A DNA stretch of 63,563 nucleotides, counting the filler, from Kipferlia bialata (taxonomy: Eukaryota), in NCBI GenBank assembly GCA_003568945.1. It is 7 parts of 7 records of this genome, joined end to end, with 100 filler letters (N's around TTAATTAATTAA, not from the genome) between each part and the next. Parts side by side here need not be neighbours in the genome. Positions count along the whole stretch, not along the records: positions 20,628 to 30,826 come from BDIP01001475.1; positions 30,927 to 41,118 come from BDIP01001476.1; positions 41,219 to 51,403 come from BDIP01001477.1; 4 more parts are not named here. One strand, given 5' to 3'. A model generated the notes under the pieces. It worked only from the letters and a program-made list of their open reading frames with translations. It made no database searches and was not told where the DNA came from. A program made the translations under genes and the position numbers. Of the stretch, positions 26,488 through 41,425 are shown in pieces (within the stretch, counting starts at the first letter, position 1; the number at the start of each line of letters is the position of its first letter).

Positions 26488-27510
26488 TAGGGGGTAAGAG
26501 GTGCGGGAGTGAGTAGATACGTGTAAAGATGGTACTGAAACTGAAACTGATACTGAGAGATGGTGCAGAGGCCTAGAGGTAAGGAATGGGAATGAGAGAG
26601 AGGGAGAGACTGAGGAGATACACGTGAAGCTGCTGATAAATATGTGACGGGAAGCGAGGGGCCAGAGAGAGAGAGATAGGCGGGGGGGGGGGGGGGGAGG
26701 GAAAAAAGGATGTTTTCCCACAATATATGTATATATATATATTGCATACTTCGAGCTATATGTAAAGATTGGTGGACATACCATGGGGATATACACATCT
26801 GGTATCAGAGACTCTACACTAATATGTATATCGCTCTTAATATCCGAATTCACACTCTCTCCGCCTCCCTGAAACTGATATTATTCACAGCGAACTTCAC
26901 TACGACACTCCAGACCCCTGATAATGTTGATTAGGGCCAGGGGAAGAGATATAAGAAGTGGGTACCGAATTGAAACTTGGGTTGAGTGCGTATCGCCTTC
27001 ACTCCCGCAATACGCACTCACATACACCAAATCCACTCTCCACAGTCATATAACAACAGAATGTACTTGCCCCCTTGAGTATTTGTACCTGTTCTTAACC
27101 CAGGAGTGCCAATCCACTGTACTGATGAGAGACTCGTCACGAGTTTTGGGCCAATACACAAGGGTCTAGGAAAGTCCAAACAAAAATAGTAGTTTTGAGC
27201 AAGGGGTGTAGGCTGCCAGCCCCTTTTTGGTGGATGGTATGAAAAATCGCTTTCCTTCTATCAACCTTAGGACACCAGTAGGGCTCTATGTGACACTAAA
27301 ACCGTCGGTTCAATTTGATTGACCAACCTGGCCGCTTTGAATGAGACTTCAGGGCGTTTCGCCCGTTTGTTTCGGTGAGCCTAGGAAACAGATGGCTTCA
27401 ATACCAAGTATTCTATACTAGTAGGTACTGTAAAGATAACTATCACATTCGAACGGAGTCTGGGCAGTTTCTAACACAACTGTATCTATCCTACCATCCA
27501 CACGCGGTAC

Positions 27511-28479
27511 ATGGAAGAGTCACTTGAGGGCACCTCTAGGCTCACTGCTGGTGTTGCCTGTCTTGGGTGCAGGGCACCCCATGCCTTCGACGCATCAGAG
27601 GAGAGGGAGTGGCTGGCATGCCTGGCCACAAGAGGGTACGGTGTGATAAGGAGTGTGGCACCTAGCCCTGATGCCGTGTCCTCTGCTCAGTCACAGGTCT
27701 GGGACCATCTAGAGGCACAGTCGAGAGGAACACTCCTTCGTGGTGACATTGATACGTGGGACAAGCACTGGCCTGTGCAGAACTGCGGTATCTGCTGGAC
27801 AGCAGGGCAGAGTCAGGCAATGTGGTCGATGAGGGGATGGGCCAAGGTGCAGCAGGTGTTTGCTGCAGTGTGGGGCATGGATGAGCTTGTCACCAGTTTT
27901 GATGGGTTCATCGTGTGGCGCCCCTGGTGTGACAAGGAGGCATGGAAGCCCAAGACATCGAGACTCCATCTAGACCAGAACCCATGGTACAAGGAGGGCA
28001 AGCTGTGTGTGCAGGGGATGGTGCAACTGTGTGACTCTAGTGCAAGGGTTGGAGGTCTCCAGGTGGTAGAGGGTAGCCACCTAGAGAACATGGCTATTCG
28101 TGACAAGAATCCACAGTGGAAGGCCTCTTCCAGCGACTGGTGTGAGACTAGAGAGGGAGACCCACTGAATGATAGGGCCCACTTAGTCCTGGCCAACAAG
28201 GGTGACATGATACTCTGGGACTCCCGTACTGTACATGGAGGAGTGGTGGGAGATGTGGGTAGTGCCTGTAGTGACACAGGGCTAGCACGCATGGTAGGGT
28301 GTGTCTGCATGCTCCCTAGGGAGAGGTGTACATCAGACGTGCTGGCTAGGAGACTGGCTGGGTTCAAGAAGGGTGTGACATGCAACCACTGGGCCGACGA
28401 GTACCATGCCTCTGGATATGCGTCCAGTCACGACTACTCCCCACCAGACCTCAGTGAGGAGACTACCAGGCTGATATAG
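27511..28479 (+). CDS. Intronless phytanoyl-CoA dioxygenase (PhyH)-family Fe(II)/2-oxoglutarate dioxygenase, 322 aa
   Basis: Single ORF with GYGVIRSV, HxD motif LHLDQNP, VQGMVQLCD...GGLQVVEGSH and GDMILWDSRTVHG (distal His). Confidence 0.88.
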   Translation: MEESLEGTSRLTAGVACLGCRAPHAFDASEEREWLACLATRGYGVIRSVAPSPDAVSSAQSQVWDHLEAQSRGTLLRGDIDTWDKHWPVQNCGICWTAGQSQAMWSMRGWAKVQQVFAAVWGMDELVTSFDGFIVWRPWCDKEAWKPKTSRLHLDQNPWYKEGKLCVQGMVQLCDSSARVGGLQVVEGSHLENMAIRDKNPQWKASSSDWCETREGDPLNDRAHLVLANKGDMILWDSRTVHGGVVGDVGSACSDTGLARMVGCVCMLPRERCTSDVLARRLAGFKKGVTCNHWADEYHASGYASSHDYSPPDLSEETTRLI

Positions 28480-28638
28480 AGAATATTGAACACCTCATGT
28501 TTCAGAATACTGCATACACAGTGTGTATTACACACAGACTCTGCTGGAGAGCTCTAGCTTGATATCTGTTTTGGTTAGGGTATCAAAGTTATTGCTGTAT
28601 TTTACTGGAACAATCATCTATTCATGACAGAGTAAATA

Positions 28639-30532
28639 TCACATGATGAGACCAAATGCGTTGCCGTCTCTTGTCACTACCATGCTTCCCTCTTGTGACA
28701 CTATCGACACCTGCGTGTGACATAGGGGTGAAAGGTACCAATAAGCCGAATGTAGTATGCGTATCGGTAGGAGCATATGCATGTACTGAGAGTGTTGATT
28801 GTCCTATACCATAACAGAGTCTGGTTCACAGATGGAGGCGTCAATCTCACTGAAGAGAGTGGCCTCAGAGAGAACATCCTCAGACACGTCAAACCCTGTC
28901 TCGGTCCCCTCTTCCAGCGATAGCACTCCATCCTCTGCTTCACACCTACACGATCCACAGGCACCCCAACTCAGCTCGACAATGGCCTCAATATCACCCA
29001 CACAGTCAACGTCGATCACGTCCGACCCGTTGCTGTTGAGGACGAGACTGGCAGTGTAGGTGGCGGAGTCAGTCGACGTCTGGGAGAGAGATAGTGGACA
29101 CGACTCCTCCATCCCAAGAGCAATGTTGGAGTCGGTGATGTCGACGTTGACGTTGCTGAAACAAGCAGCGGCCTTGCCAAGAGTGAGAGCAACGACAGTC
29201 TGGGGTGAGAGAAGAAACTACAAGTTTACACTATATATCGTTGACACACAAGTGACATACCTCCTCCATATGCTGTGCCACCACCTGTCCACCCCCTGTC
29301 ACAACAACATTGAGAGCACTGTCAGTCTGGGGTGAGGGTATGACTCTGTGCAGCTAGAGTCGAAGATACAACGAATGTATAGACTAATATTGAAAGCTTA
29401 TGAAATCTCTACCAGATGCGCTATATATTCATATACTATATATATATACATATATGAATGTATATACCTTGGTACCAGCCTCATCGGCGTTGTCCATGAG
29501 GGTGAAGACAGTGCAGTCGGTACACCTGAGGTCATGGAAATAGATACTCTTATAGAGAGCTAGTAATTCAACGGAGTGCATGTGATATCCATTGCTATAT
29601 ACACGATGTGTTGTATAGAGTGTAACGCCACTCACTTAATGTTGAGGTTGGTATTGAGGCCACTGGGGACTGTGATACCAATGGGAGCATACACCACTGC
29701 AAAGTCATCGTCGTCATAGGCACACTTGTAGCCCTGGAGTGAGACACCGTACAGTGGAAAGAGAGTCACCTGTAACTGGAGAGCCACATCCACACGATAC
29801 ATACACATCGTACCTTCCCTGTGACCTCTGCGTTGCCAAATGTCATGGACTCTGTCTCCTCGCACTCTAGTTTGGCACCGAATGCTAGAGAGGTGGCGGC
29901 TATCTTGAGGGATGTACCCTCATCTGGAGTGTTAGGGAAGACAGGGGTAACGACGAATTAATACCTGGTGTACGCTATTGGGAGCTTGTGTGACACTAGC
30001 CCCGATGCATTGTAACATCGGTACCAGCTGTGCCTACCTAGTACAATTGACACACCGGAAAGGTGATCCAGGTCAATGAGCATCTCAGTGTCACCAAAGA
30101 ACTCGCTGGAGGGGGTGTGGTGGGCATAGTAGCTGAACTGAATGTGAGAAGATATCTTATAGCAACATAGAGTGTTGAGTATAGAAACTACTGTGCACAA
30201 CATCAGAAGACACTTTGGAACTACTCACATTCAGGAATACCACGCATAGAGTGACCAGGGCAATTGGTACCACACAGCACCCTAGGGTACAGCACACACA
30301 TGCCAGTTTACCACAGCTGACGTGAGAGGGGTATTAATACGACATCCTATGTACAGATTACTATCAGAACATCAACTGCCATGCAAGTCACTGTAACAGA
30401 GATGACTTAGTGACTACGAGATACCAACCTGGACCAACAGCTGTTTGACTTCTTGACTTGTGGCTGGATGGGTGGGAGGGCACGTGGTGCTACAACAGGC
30501 ACTAGGGGTGTAGTGGCATTGAGGGGAGCCAT
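28639..30532 (-). CDS. Type II single-pass membrane protein with acidic, beta-rich ectodomain; unknown family
   Basis: ATG 30532 (MAPLNATTPLVPVV), Cys-rich TM segment LACVCCTLGCCVVPIALVTLCVVFLN, about 9 GT-AG exons, ending RDGNAFGLIM* (TGA 28641-28639). Confidence 0.65.
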
Positions 30533-31080
30533 GTATGACGGTCAGGCGTCAGTGGGAGGTAAGTGGGACACGCCTGATAGGAGAGAGTGACTCCTGACTC
30601 ACACTGCATGGACTGGCATGTGAACCTGGGTTGTGGGCGGTCTCCTACATCTCGAACCCTCTCTTCAATGAGCCCCTAGTAGCGATGACTGCTCAACCTG
30701 GTAGAGATACCCTCTTTCAGCTTCTCAAAGGGTAGAAAGGGTTTAGCAGCAAAACCTCACTGTTACCTGGGACCAGGGGTGCCAGAATGGATCCAGTCTG
30801 GACTGAAGCCAAACTGGATCGCCCAANNNNNNNNNNNNNNNNNNNNNNNNNNNNNNNNNNNNNNNNNNNNTTAATTAATTAANNNNNNNNNNNNNNNNNN
30901 NNNNNNNNNNNNNNNNNNNNNNNNNNTTTTTTTCCACCCCCCCCCCGTTTGCCCCCCCCCCCCCCCCCATCACAACAACTAGAACGGTGGACTCAGTATC
31001 AACTATATACACATATATATATATATATACTCTTGCTATATTATATATATATATATATAGATACTCTCTATGTGTATATA

Positions 31081-32311
31081 CCTCTGCCGATGTGACCCCC
31101 CCTATCACCACAACCAGCACTGTGGAGTCAGCATCCCTCTCGTCCAGGGAGTCAACGGCCTGGGGGTCAGAAATATATATATATATATATATATATATCA
31201 CTAAATAAGACATATGAAGTCTGTCGTCCATGGAGTCAACGGCCTAATGTCAACGTATTGCTACTGGTAATAGTAATGGAGAAATAGGTAAATATATATA
31301 CTGTAAGATAACTCTCGTCTAGGGAGTCCACGGCCTGGGGGTCAGTATAATAATGATTATGTACTGCAAATAGTGTAGTATATATATATACATAGTACAT
31401 TAATATGGAGGAGACATGGAGAGAGAGAGAGACATGGACCAGACTATTATTGCCAATTATACTGAGAATCTACCACATACCTGCTTCACTGCCTTCTCAT
31501 ACCCTCCCTCCCTCTCTCTCTCTATATATATATATATATACATCAATACATATTTATATATATCCTTCATACCTGCTCCACTACCTTCTTATACTCTCTC
31601 TCTCTCTCTCTCTCAATATATATATATATACATCAATACACACATATATATACATATATACATATATATATACATATATATATACATATATACATATATC
31701 ATTCACACCTGCTTAACAATATGGTACATATGTATATACCTGCTTGACTGCCTTCTTGTCCACATTGAGACCAGGGAAGGGGATGACTGGGGGTAAGAGA
31801 GATGACAGAGTAGGTAGTGTACACCGAGAGAGTGAGATAGGGGAAAGAGCACATCCAACCATTAACAGGACAAAGAGGGTGTAGAAAGAGAGAGAGAGAG
31901 AGAGAGAGTCCCACCTTCGTCGGGGTATGACCTAAACAGACTCCTGATGCCAGAGGTGGCAGGGGCAGACACAAAGTAGGACACAATCCTGTAAATTAGA
32001 GGGGAATTATTTAGGTAAGGCTTAATAAATACGTGGCAGTCTCAATAGAAGTGTATGTATAATAATAAGCAATCTATCTCATCCTTCCAACTAGATATAT
32101 ACTAGACATATATTATATATACATGTATACACAATTACCCACCTGCACAGGAGTGGGGCATAGCACTGGTACACATAGGCCTCGTCATCTGGGGGGGTTA
32201 GGCAATGGTCATTAGTAATAATTATAGAGAAATGAACAATCCATATATATCCATATATATACTCTACATACTATACCTGGGTCATTGATGTCCACCTCTG
32301 GGTTGATCTGG

Positions 32312-32343
<32 letters not shown>

Positions 32344-32926
32344 CCATGTATAGATGCATACTATACCTGGGTCATTGATGTCCACCTCTGGGTTGATCTG
32401 GGACATGGCCTTCTCTCTCTCTCTCTCTCTATCTATCTACATATATACTATATATTACATACTATACCTGGGTCATTGATGTCCACCTCTGGGTTGATCT
32501 GGCTCATGGCCTTCTTGGCCTTGTCACGCCACTTGCCTGCCTAATATAAGTGTATAATATACAGTGTATATATATATTTCATACTAATGAGATATATATA
32601 TATATATCTATATATATCTATTTGACATGGCCTTCTTGGCCTTGTCACGCCACTTGCCGGCCTGACATTAATGAATATGTGGGTTCATATACATACAATC
32701 ACTCCAGGAGGTATTGTATATGACCACTATATACTGCATTTGCACCATTGCAGCAATGCTACTTACTACGAACGGCCCTGCCTCCTCCAGAGACTTCAGT
32801 ACACTCCCTCTCCCTCTCTTTCTATATATATATATATACAATGCTCACACACTGCATATACATATACCTTAGCCGTAGGGCGACTGTTCACTACAAGGAG
32901 TTGTGCCTCCTCCAGAGACTGACGTA

Positions 32927-32961
<35 letters not shown>

Positions 32962-33837
32962 GTAATCCCAGTACCTTAGCTGCTGGGTGGCTATTGACAA
33001 CAAAGAGTTCAGCCTCCTCCAATAACTGCAGTACTCTCTCTCTCTCTCTATATATATATATAATTACACTATATACCTTAGCAGCGGGATGACTGTTTAC
33101 TACGAATAGACCAGCCTCCTACAGGGACTGGACTACTCTCTCTCTATATATATATACATATGCACAGTATATATACATAAAATAATATATAAATACCTTG
33201 GCTGCTGGGTGGCTATTGACGACGAATAGACCAGCCTCCTCCAGAGACTGAACTACTCTCTCTCTCTCTATATATATATATATACATATGCACAGTATAT
33301 ATACATATAATAATATATATGTACCTTGGCTGCTGGGTGGCTGTTGACAACAAACAGGCCAGCCTCCTCCAATGACTGGAGGGTCACAAGGTGGGCAAAG
33401 CCATACTGCTGGCAGAACTCAACACACAGCCTGGGGGATAAAGGTGCAGATAGAGAGAGAGAGAGAGAGAGAGAACAGGCATAACAAATTGAGATACGAT
33501 ATATGATACTCATGTCATAGAGTTAATATCAATATACATGTCGATCTATATACACATACCTATTGTAGTTCTTGGCCGGCACCCCGTTGCATGTCAGGGA
33601 GTAAAGACACATGAGACGCATGGGGTAGGTGATGTCAGAGCTGATATTAGAAGTGTAGGAGGGAGAGAGACAGAGAGAGAAAGAGGTACGTACCCTGCTG
33701 CTATAGCGTCTGACACATACTCGTATGGGCTCATCTTGCCCTTCATGGGGGCAGTGCCTGTATTAAGGGTGTAGACACAGTATATATCTTAGATATAATA
33801 TCTAGTATATTGGGGCAGTGCCTGATATAAATGGTGT

Positions 33838-33873
<36 letters not shown>

Positions 33874-33919
33874 TCATCTTGCCCTTCATGGGGGCAGTGC
33901 CTGATATAAGGGTGTAGAC

Positions 33920-33950
<31 letters not shown>

Positions 33951-34549
33951 TAGACTCATACCTTGCACCAGGTTTCTCTCAAACTCGAGCAGCTCATAGA
34001 AGCGTCTATCCATGGAGTCGTTGATCTCCTTGAGGAGGCTGATAGTGAGGTATATAGTAATGCATAGTAGTATACAATACCTCCATACATATATATGTGT
34101 GTGTGTATGTTAATATATCAATACGTACCGCATGTGCATCTCGATGCTCTCCTTCCTGGCAGTCTTACAATTAGGTATATATTAGTATCATATAACAAAT
34201 ATATTATACTATATATATATATATACTAACTGCACTCACCGCATGTGCATCTCGATGCTCTCCTTCCTGGCTGTCTTCTCCACAATCTCCTTGGTGGTCT
34301 CCTGGAAGCCACCGCCCCTGGTATTAAGGGGGTAGAGGGGGAGAGATGATATATATAGATCACTCTGAGTCCAGCATAGACTCCTTCATATCAAGATTAG
34401 AATGCAGCGACAGCACATCTATATACATTCACATACACACGTATACATATAGAATTCTCACAGAGAGAGCATTATAACACATATAAAATACTCTCTCTAC
34501 ACATATATACTACATATACTATATAACATATATATAATACCACATGTAA

Positions 34550-34580
<31 letters not shown>

Positions 34581-36439
34581 CTACTTATACCATATACCTA
34601 AAGTCGAGCAGGGACTCCTTCTTCTTCTCATAGAGAGAGCATTATATCATATATCTAATACTCTCTCTCTCTCTATATATATATATATACTACTATACTA
34701 CTTATACTATACCTAAAGTCCAACAGGGACTCCTTCTTCTTCTCAGACTCTGCAAACCAGTCAGCAACGGCATGGCCAGCCTGACATAAGGGGGTAGGGG
34801 GGGAGAATAAAAGGGTGCAGGAGGAGAGAAACTGCCAGCCACGGCATGGCCAGCCTGATATAAGGGGGAAGGGGGAAGGAATATATTTCATATATATACA
34901 TACTCTATTACATATATCCACAAAGAATGCATAAACTATGTCAGTCAGCAACGTCATGGCCAGCGTGATAGGAGGGCACAACGGTATAGATACGATATAC
35001 AGACAAAAATCCTATATATATATACATATATTCAGAACGTATAGCAAACAGCAATGGTATGGTCAGCCTATATCAGCCTGATATAAGGGGGAAGAGGGAG
35101 AAGAATGAAGGCGTAGGGAGAGAAACAACCACTAAGCACTTGATCACCTGCTAGAGTGTATATGATGAGTAAATATACAAGGGTATATATACACTCATGT
35201 ACATATTACTACCTGTGCAAGGGCACTATATAATATATAAATATATATATATATATATAATACGTAATAATTAATACACATATATATATAGAAAGTAATA
35301 TGTATATATATACACTATATATACTATATATATGCCCTACCTGTGTCAGGGGCTCCCAGGAGTGCGACACGTGCTCATCCTGACAGTGAATAAAGGGTGT
35401 ACAGGGGTGTAAATAGGGGAAGGACAGATATATATAGTAGAATAGTACATATATAGATAGAACTATTGGAGTGTGACACAAGTGTGTAGATGGGGAACTT
35501 AGGGGCAGGAAGCTGGATACAGAAAGCACTATGACATCATAAATACCACTGCTCACCTGTATCATCCTGTATATCTGGTCTGTGTTGTTGAGGTACTAAG
35601 TGACATATTGTATAACAGCAGTACATATATATACTGATATATATATATATATACATATACACTCACCTGTATCATCCTGTATCTCTGGTCTGTGTTGTTN
35701 NNNNNNNNNNNNNNNNNNNNNNNNNNNNNNNNNNNNNNNNNNNNNNNNNNNNNNNNNNNNNNNNNNNNNNNNNNNNNNNNNNNNNNNNNTATATACTGAT
35801 ATATAGATATATATACATATACACTCACCTGTATCATCCTGTATATCTGGTCTGTGTTGTTGAGGTACTTGGTGTCGGTGGGGGGCTTGGCCTGGGGTAA
35901 GGGAATATACAATAGATAAAGAATAATATATATTTATATATGAATATATATGAATATATATAACATACATAGTAATATATAAACGGGATATACATACAGA
36001 TGAAGAGAGAGAGAGAGAGAGCTTGGTGTCGGGGGGCTTGGCCTCGGGGGGTAAGGGCATATACGTACATACACACATATATATATCGAGAGAGACATAT
36101 ACACCGCCTGTAGAATTGTACCTTTTCTCTCTCACACACACACACTTCATATATACAATTACGAATGTATACACGCATATCATACCTTCTCGTCTGCCTG
36201 TGGAATAGCACCAGCCCTGGCAACCTGGGGTAAGACATATGGAGCCAAGGAATATATATATAATAGTGTAGTATAGTATATGAATATGAGAATACACATA
36301 GCCCTGGCAACCTGGGGTGAGATATAGAATGCATCCTATAATCGTATAGAAAATCATACACAATAGAATATGTACAATCAATATAAATTCACGGTAATAT
36401 ACATAGCCCTGGCAACCTGGGGATGAGACACATGCATAG

Positions 36440-36475
<36 letters not shown>

Positions 36476-37688
36476 CGATATACCTTGCAGCGCGTGTGCT
36501 TCATCTGGCCAATGTTCATCTCGTACATCATGCCCTCATGGGTGACCTAGATCATTAGAATAGGGGATCATTCAAAAGATCTAGAACAGTATATAAACTG
36601 TGGCCATACTGTACACATGCACACAAATCAACAAGACTAGAACTACAGGGACATGTCCATCTCATACATCATACCCTCTTGAAATTGAGGCCAATAATTA
36701 CTATTTGCAACATTACTATATAATATATATGAAGGATATGCATATATAGTATAGTATAGTATACTATATACTATGTGTAGTATATATGTATACATAAACC
36801 CACCTGTGTCATCATGACTGCTGGCCAGTAACACATGTTGAGTATATAGTGTTATAAATATATAGTATACATATATGGATACATACATATCCATAGTATC
36901 CATAGTATAATGAAACTGAATAACATAGTATCAGTGAAATATACATATATTTATATATTTACTCATATATATATGCCCACCTGTGTCATCATGACTGCTG
37001 GCAGGTCCAGCTGTCTGTCCAGGATGATGACCTCGCTGAGAGTAAGAATATTTTATGAATATATATATATATATTATAGATACATGCACTGCATATATAA
37101 CAATCATAGAGTATACATATAGAGAGGCATCTGTCTGTCCAGGATGATGACCTCACTGACAGTAAGAGACACACATGTATATATATACTATAGATACATG
37201 TATACATATACATATNNNNNNNNNNNNNNNNNNNNNNNNNNNNNNNNNNNNNATGTATACATATACATATACAATAGAGTGGATGTCCAGGATGATGAAC
37301 TCGCTGACAGTGAGTATCTATATAGTATACAGTATGAAAAATAACCATAGACTAGAGAGAGAGAGAGAGAGTTCGGACCATACCTGATATGGGGAAGGGT
37401 GTGTACAGTACTGTATAGTATTGCCATTGTTATTGTATACACATTTATGGGCTCATGAGGAGTATACTAGTATCATATTCCTACCTGTATGGGCTGATGT
37501 CTGTGGCGTCCAGCTCTCTGGATACACATATATATAGATACATGAATATAGTGAAGGGAAATGGTATATACTATATACTATATACTATATACTATATACT
37601 ATACTCTATATACTACATACCTGTATGGGCTGATGTCTGTGGCGTCCAGCTCTGTGGCATTCTCCTTCCTCTGGTGGTTAAAGGGTGT

Positions 37689-37728
<40 letters not shown>

Positions 37729-39490
37729 TCTCCTTCCTCTGGTGGTTAAAGGGTGTAGGGAGAGAGAGAGAGAGAGGGAGAGAGAGAGAGAGAGTCCTTC
37801 CTCTGCTAGAGAGAGCAAGAGTCAGATGATAGGTGAAGGTGATATATATATATATATATATACATATATATACATACACTCATATACCTGGCTCTGTATC
37901 AGCTCTGCCACCTTCATGGCACAGGGACCCTTGGCCCTGAGGGGTCAACAGAGGTCAAGAGAGGTCAAGGGAGGTATGAGGGGGTCAATAGAGGTCAAGG
38001 AGTGTAAATGGAAAACACATTAATACGGATATATATATATATGTGTGTGTGTGTGTATATATACAACACTCACCTGATCACCGGTACCACACCGAAACTC
38101 TTCTCGAGGCTGATCAGACCTGGAATGAGCATATATAAACATATATACATATATATATATATATACATAGATATATAGAATATATATATGATATATATAT
38201 ATATACATATATATATACATTTGTCTCGAGACTGATCAGACCTGAGGAAAGTATTTATATACATGATATGTGATGAGGAAGAGTGGGGTATAACTATAAG
38301 AGTATAGTATAGTATGTATACATGTATACTCGCAGGACTCTTCTCGAGACTGATCAGACCTGGGATAAGTATGACATACTATATATATATATATATATAG
38401 GTCAGACCTGCAATTGGAGTAAAATGAACAGTATATATAAAGAGTCCGACCTGTGATAAGGGTGTAGGGGAGATGGATAGGCGTGCAGTGACAGTATGTA
38501 TATATGATAATATCTCTCTCTCTCTCTATATATATACAATATTTATAACACTAACCTCTAGCTGTGGCATACACTGAGTCCTCCAGTCCCTGCACCACAC
38601 TGCGGTATGTGCCTGGCATCTCAAGGCTGATGTTAGAGGCATATACACTACATGCTTATACTATATGTATATACTATATATATATACATATAAATATCAT
38701 ACACAATATAACCACACTGCGGTATGTGCCTGGCATCTCAAGGCTGGGGTTAGATATATAGTATATATATATATATATAGAGAGAGAGAGTGTGTATGTA
38801 TGATATACCACTCATGCATATATACAATATCTACACTGGGATAGGTGCCCGGCATCTCAAGGCTGGGGTAAATATTGAAAACAATGCCCGCTGGCAAATA
38901 CACTGTACCTAATCACATCTCTGTCCCACACTATCCAGTGATGAATGGTAGTATACACACCCATAACTATTCACACAGTATATATCATACTATACGGTGT
39001 ATACATTGATATACCTGATGACGTCTCTGTCCCACACTATCCAATGACTAATGGTAGTGCTAATACCTAGTTATACATACTACATCTCTCTCTATATCCA
39101 TATCTAAATGTATACATTGATACCTGATGACGTCTCTGTCCCACACTATCCAGTGGTTGTCCCACTCAATCACATTGGGGAAGCACAGGCACTCCCTGGG
39201 GTGAGATGGAGATATATATTCAGAACAATATAGTGTAGAATGGAGACAGAGAGAGAGAGAAAAAAGAGAGGGATAAAAACTCAATCACGTTGGGGAAGCA
39301 GAGGCACTCCCTAACAGTTAGATAGAGACAGATATATAGATATAGACAGATATAGANNNNNNNNNNNNNNNNNNNNNNNNNNNNNNNNNNNNNNNNNNNN
39401 NNNNNNNNNNNNNNNNNNNGCATACAAAGAGAGAGAGAGAGAGAGAATCACGTTGGGGAAGCACAGGCACTCCCGTGGGGTGAGATGGAG

Positions 39491-39526
<36 letters not shown>

Positions 39527-39944
39527 TCCACAGTAGAATAAAAGTATACCTGTCCAGGAACGTGTCCAGCATCGATGGCTTGTATGGCACAAACACCACG
39601 AACCAGTCATTGAGGTCGGCACTCTCGTCATTATGAGCTGAGATGTGAGACACAGTACACATAGTACAATATATACACACTAATATGTATATAGGACTAT
39701 TCTATACACACACACCCAGTGTGGCCAGCGTGGCCAGGTTGTCCGGACTCGGTCACATACTATATGTTCTACTTACTATACTCACTATACATAACATATA
39801 TAGATAGACACTATACCTATACAAATATCCTATACCACATACTCTATAATTACTATATACACATACCTAGGGTAGCCAGTGTGGTCAGGTTGTCCAGACT
39901 GGGAGATATAATATACTAATCTATATATATATATAAATCTAATC

Positions 39945-39976
<32 letters not shown>

Positions 39977-41060
39977 CATACACATACCCATTGTGGCCAG
40001 TGTGGTCAGGTTGTCCAGACTGGGCCTCAATATATACTAAGTATGTTACTCTATCTCTCTCTATATATATAAGTATATACACACCCAGTGTGGCCAGTGT
40101 GGTCAGGTTGTCCAGACTGGGCCTCAGGAAGAAGAACTTGACCTTGTGCTCGGCCTTAGACCTAGATGTCAATACAACGGTATATAATAACTGTAGATAT
40201 ATACAATGCTAAATAGAGGAAGCGAGAGAGAGAAGGAAGAGGGGGAACTTGACCTTGTGCTCGGCCTTAGAGTTACGTATTAGTACAATCGATATTACAT
40301 AATAATAATTAATGGTGTATAATACAAATGATAACATATATGTAAATGTGAGAGAGGGGGAGAGAGGAAGAACTTGTGCTCGGCCTTAGATCTATGTATT
40401 AGTACAATTGATAATACATAATAAATAGTGTATAATACATAATTAATAGTGCATAATACAAATGATAGCATATATATGTAAAGAAGAGAGAGGAAGAACT
40501 TGACCTTGTGCTCGGCCTTAGATCTATGTATCAGAGGAGGTATAGATTATAGAGAGAGAGACAGAGAGACAGAGAGAGAGAGAAAAGGAACAGGCTTCCT
40601 ATCGGCCTTGGTATTCAAATACCACTGCGAAACAACGGTCTATATACAGAGGTACAAAAGTGCATGAGTGCAAAAAAGAACTGTGTACATAGATACATAC
40701 CTTGCCCCGAATCTGTGAATCTTGACGTTGGATATCTCGGGCCAACCGGGGGGGAGCTTGCTGGAGTAAGACTCTATACACATATATACAATGGCTTTAC
40801 TCAAAGTAGTATAAAATATACTATTCTATATTAATATATCTAATTACAATCAATATATCTAATTCTTTTATAAACAATCTATATCGAATAATAATAACAA
40901 TACTGAACTATATGTCCATCGGGCCAACCGGGGGGGAGATTGCTGATATGAGTGTATCATACTAATATATGAGTACATATAGGATCTTTTTAGTGTTTAG
41001 TACATATTCATATATATACGTACTGGCTCTTGTCCTTGGCCCTGATGGCCGGGAACTGCA
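31081..41060 (-). CDS. VPS33: Vps33 (Sec1/Munc18 family, HOPS/CORVET subunit), both ends truncated, more than 20 small exons
   Basis: Spliced motifs: FFFLRPSLDNL, FVVFVP, WDRDVI|SLEMP, IILDRQLDLPAVMMTQ|VTHEGM, LRLMCLYSLTCNGV, QQYGFAHLVTLQSLEEAGLF, AYVYQCYAPLLC|R, VLVVVIGGVTSAE. Confidence 0.92.
32760..33430 (-). repeat. VPS33 exon (33430-33325) followed by five donor-side partial copies
   Basis: Copies at about 33252-33197, 33132-33077, 33031-32975, 32922-32868 and 32800-32760; each is preceded by (TA)n(GA)n and the first four keep AAG|GT. Confidence 0.93.
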
Positions 41061-41425
41061 TACATATAGTATACATACATACACACTATATAATATATAA
41101 CATATATATAATACAAACNNNNNNNNNNNNNNNNNNNNNNNNNNNNNNNNNNNNNNNNNNNNTTAATTAATTAANNNNNNNNNNNNNNNNNNNNNNNNNN
41201 NNNNNNNNNNNNNNNNNNTTTTGGCACATTGCACTGTGTGGGGGCTCCCCCCCCCCCCCCCCTCCCCCCCACGCACAACTCCATAGGGGTCAAATCCCTA
41301 TGATAGCTCTCCTCTCCAGTATATAACTAGGCATGGTCCCTATTTGGTGTGTGAATGCATTGATGCAGGTCACAGACAAAAGAAGCAAATGCGATTTTGA
41401 ACCAAGTATTGCGTATATACACTTA

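Noticed and set aside
32760..33430. Dscam-style mutually exclusive exons
   Set aside because: Copies cover only half the exon and lack the matching branch-point acceptor; one has a stop codon. Not excluded for rare complete copies such as 56701-56734.
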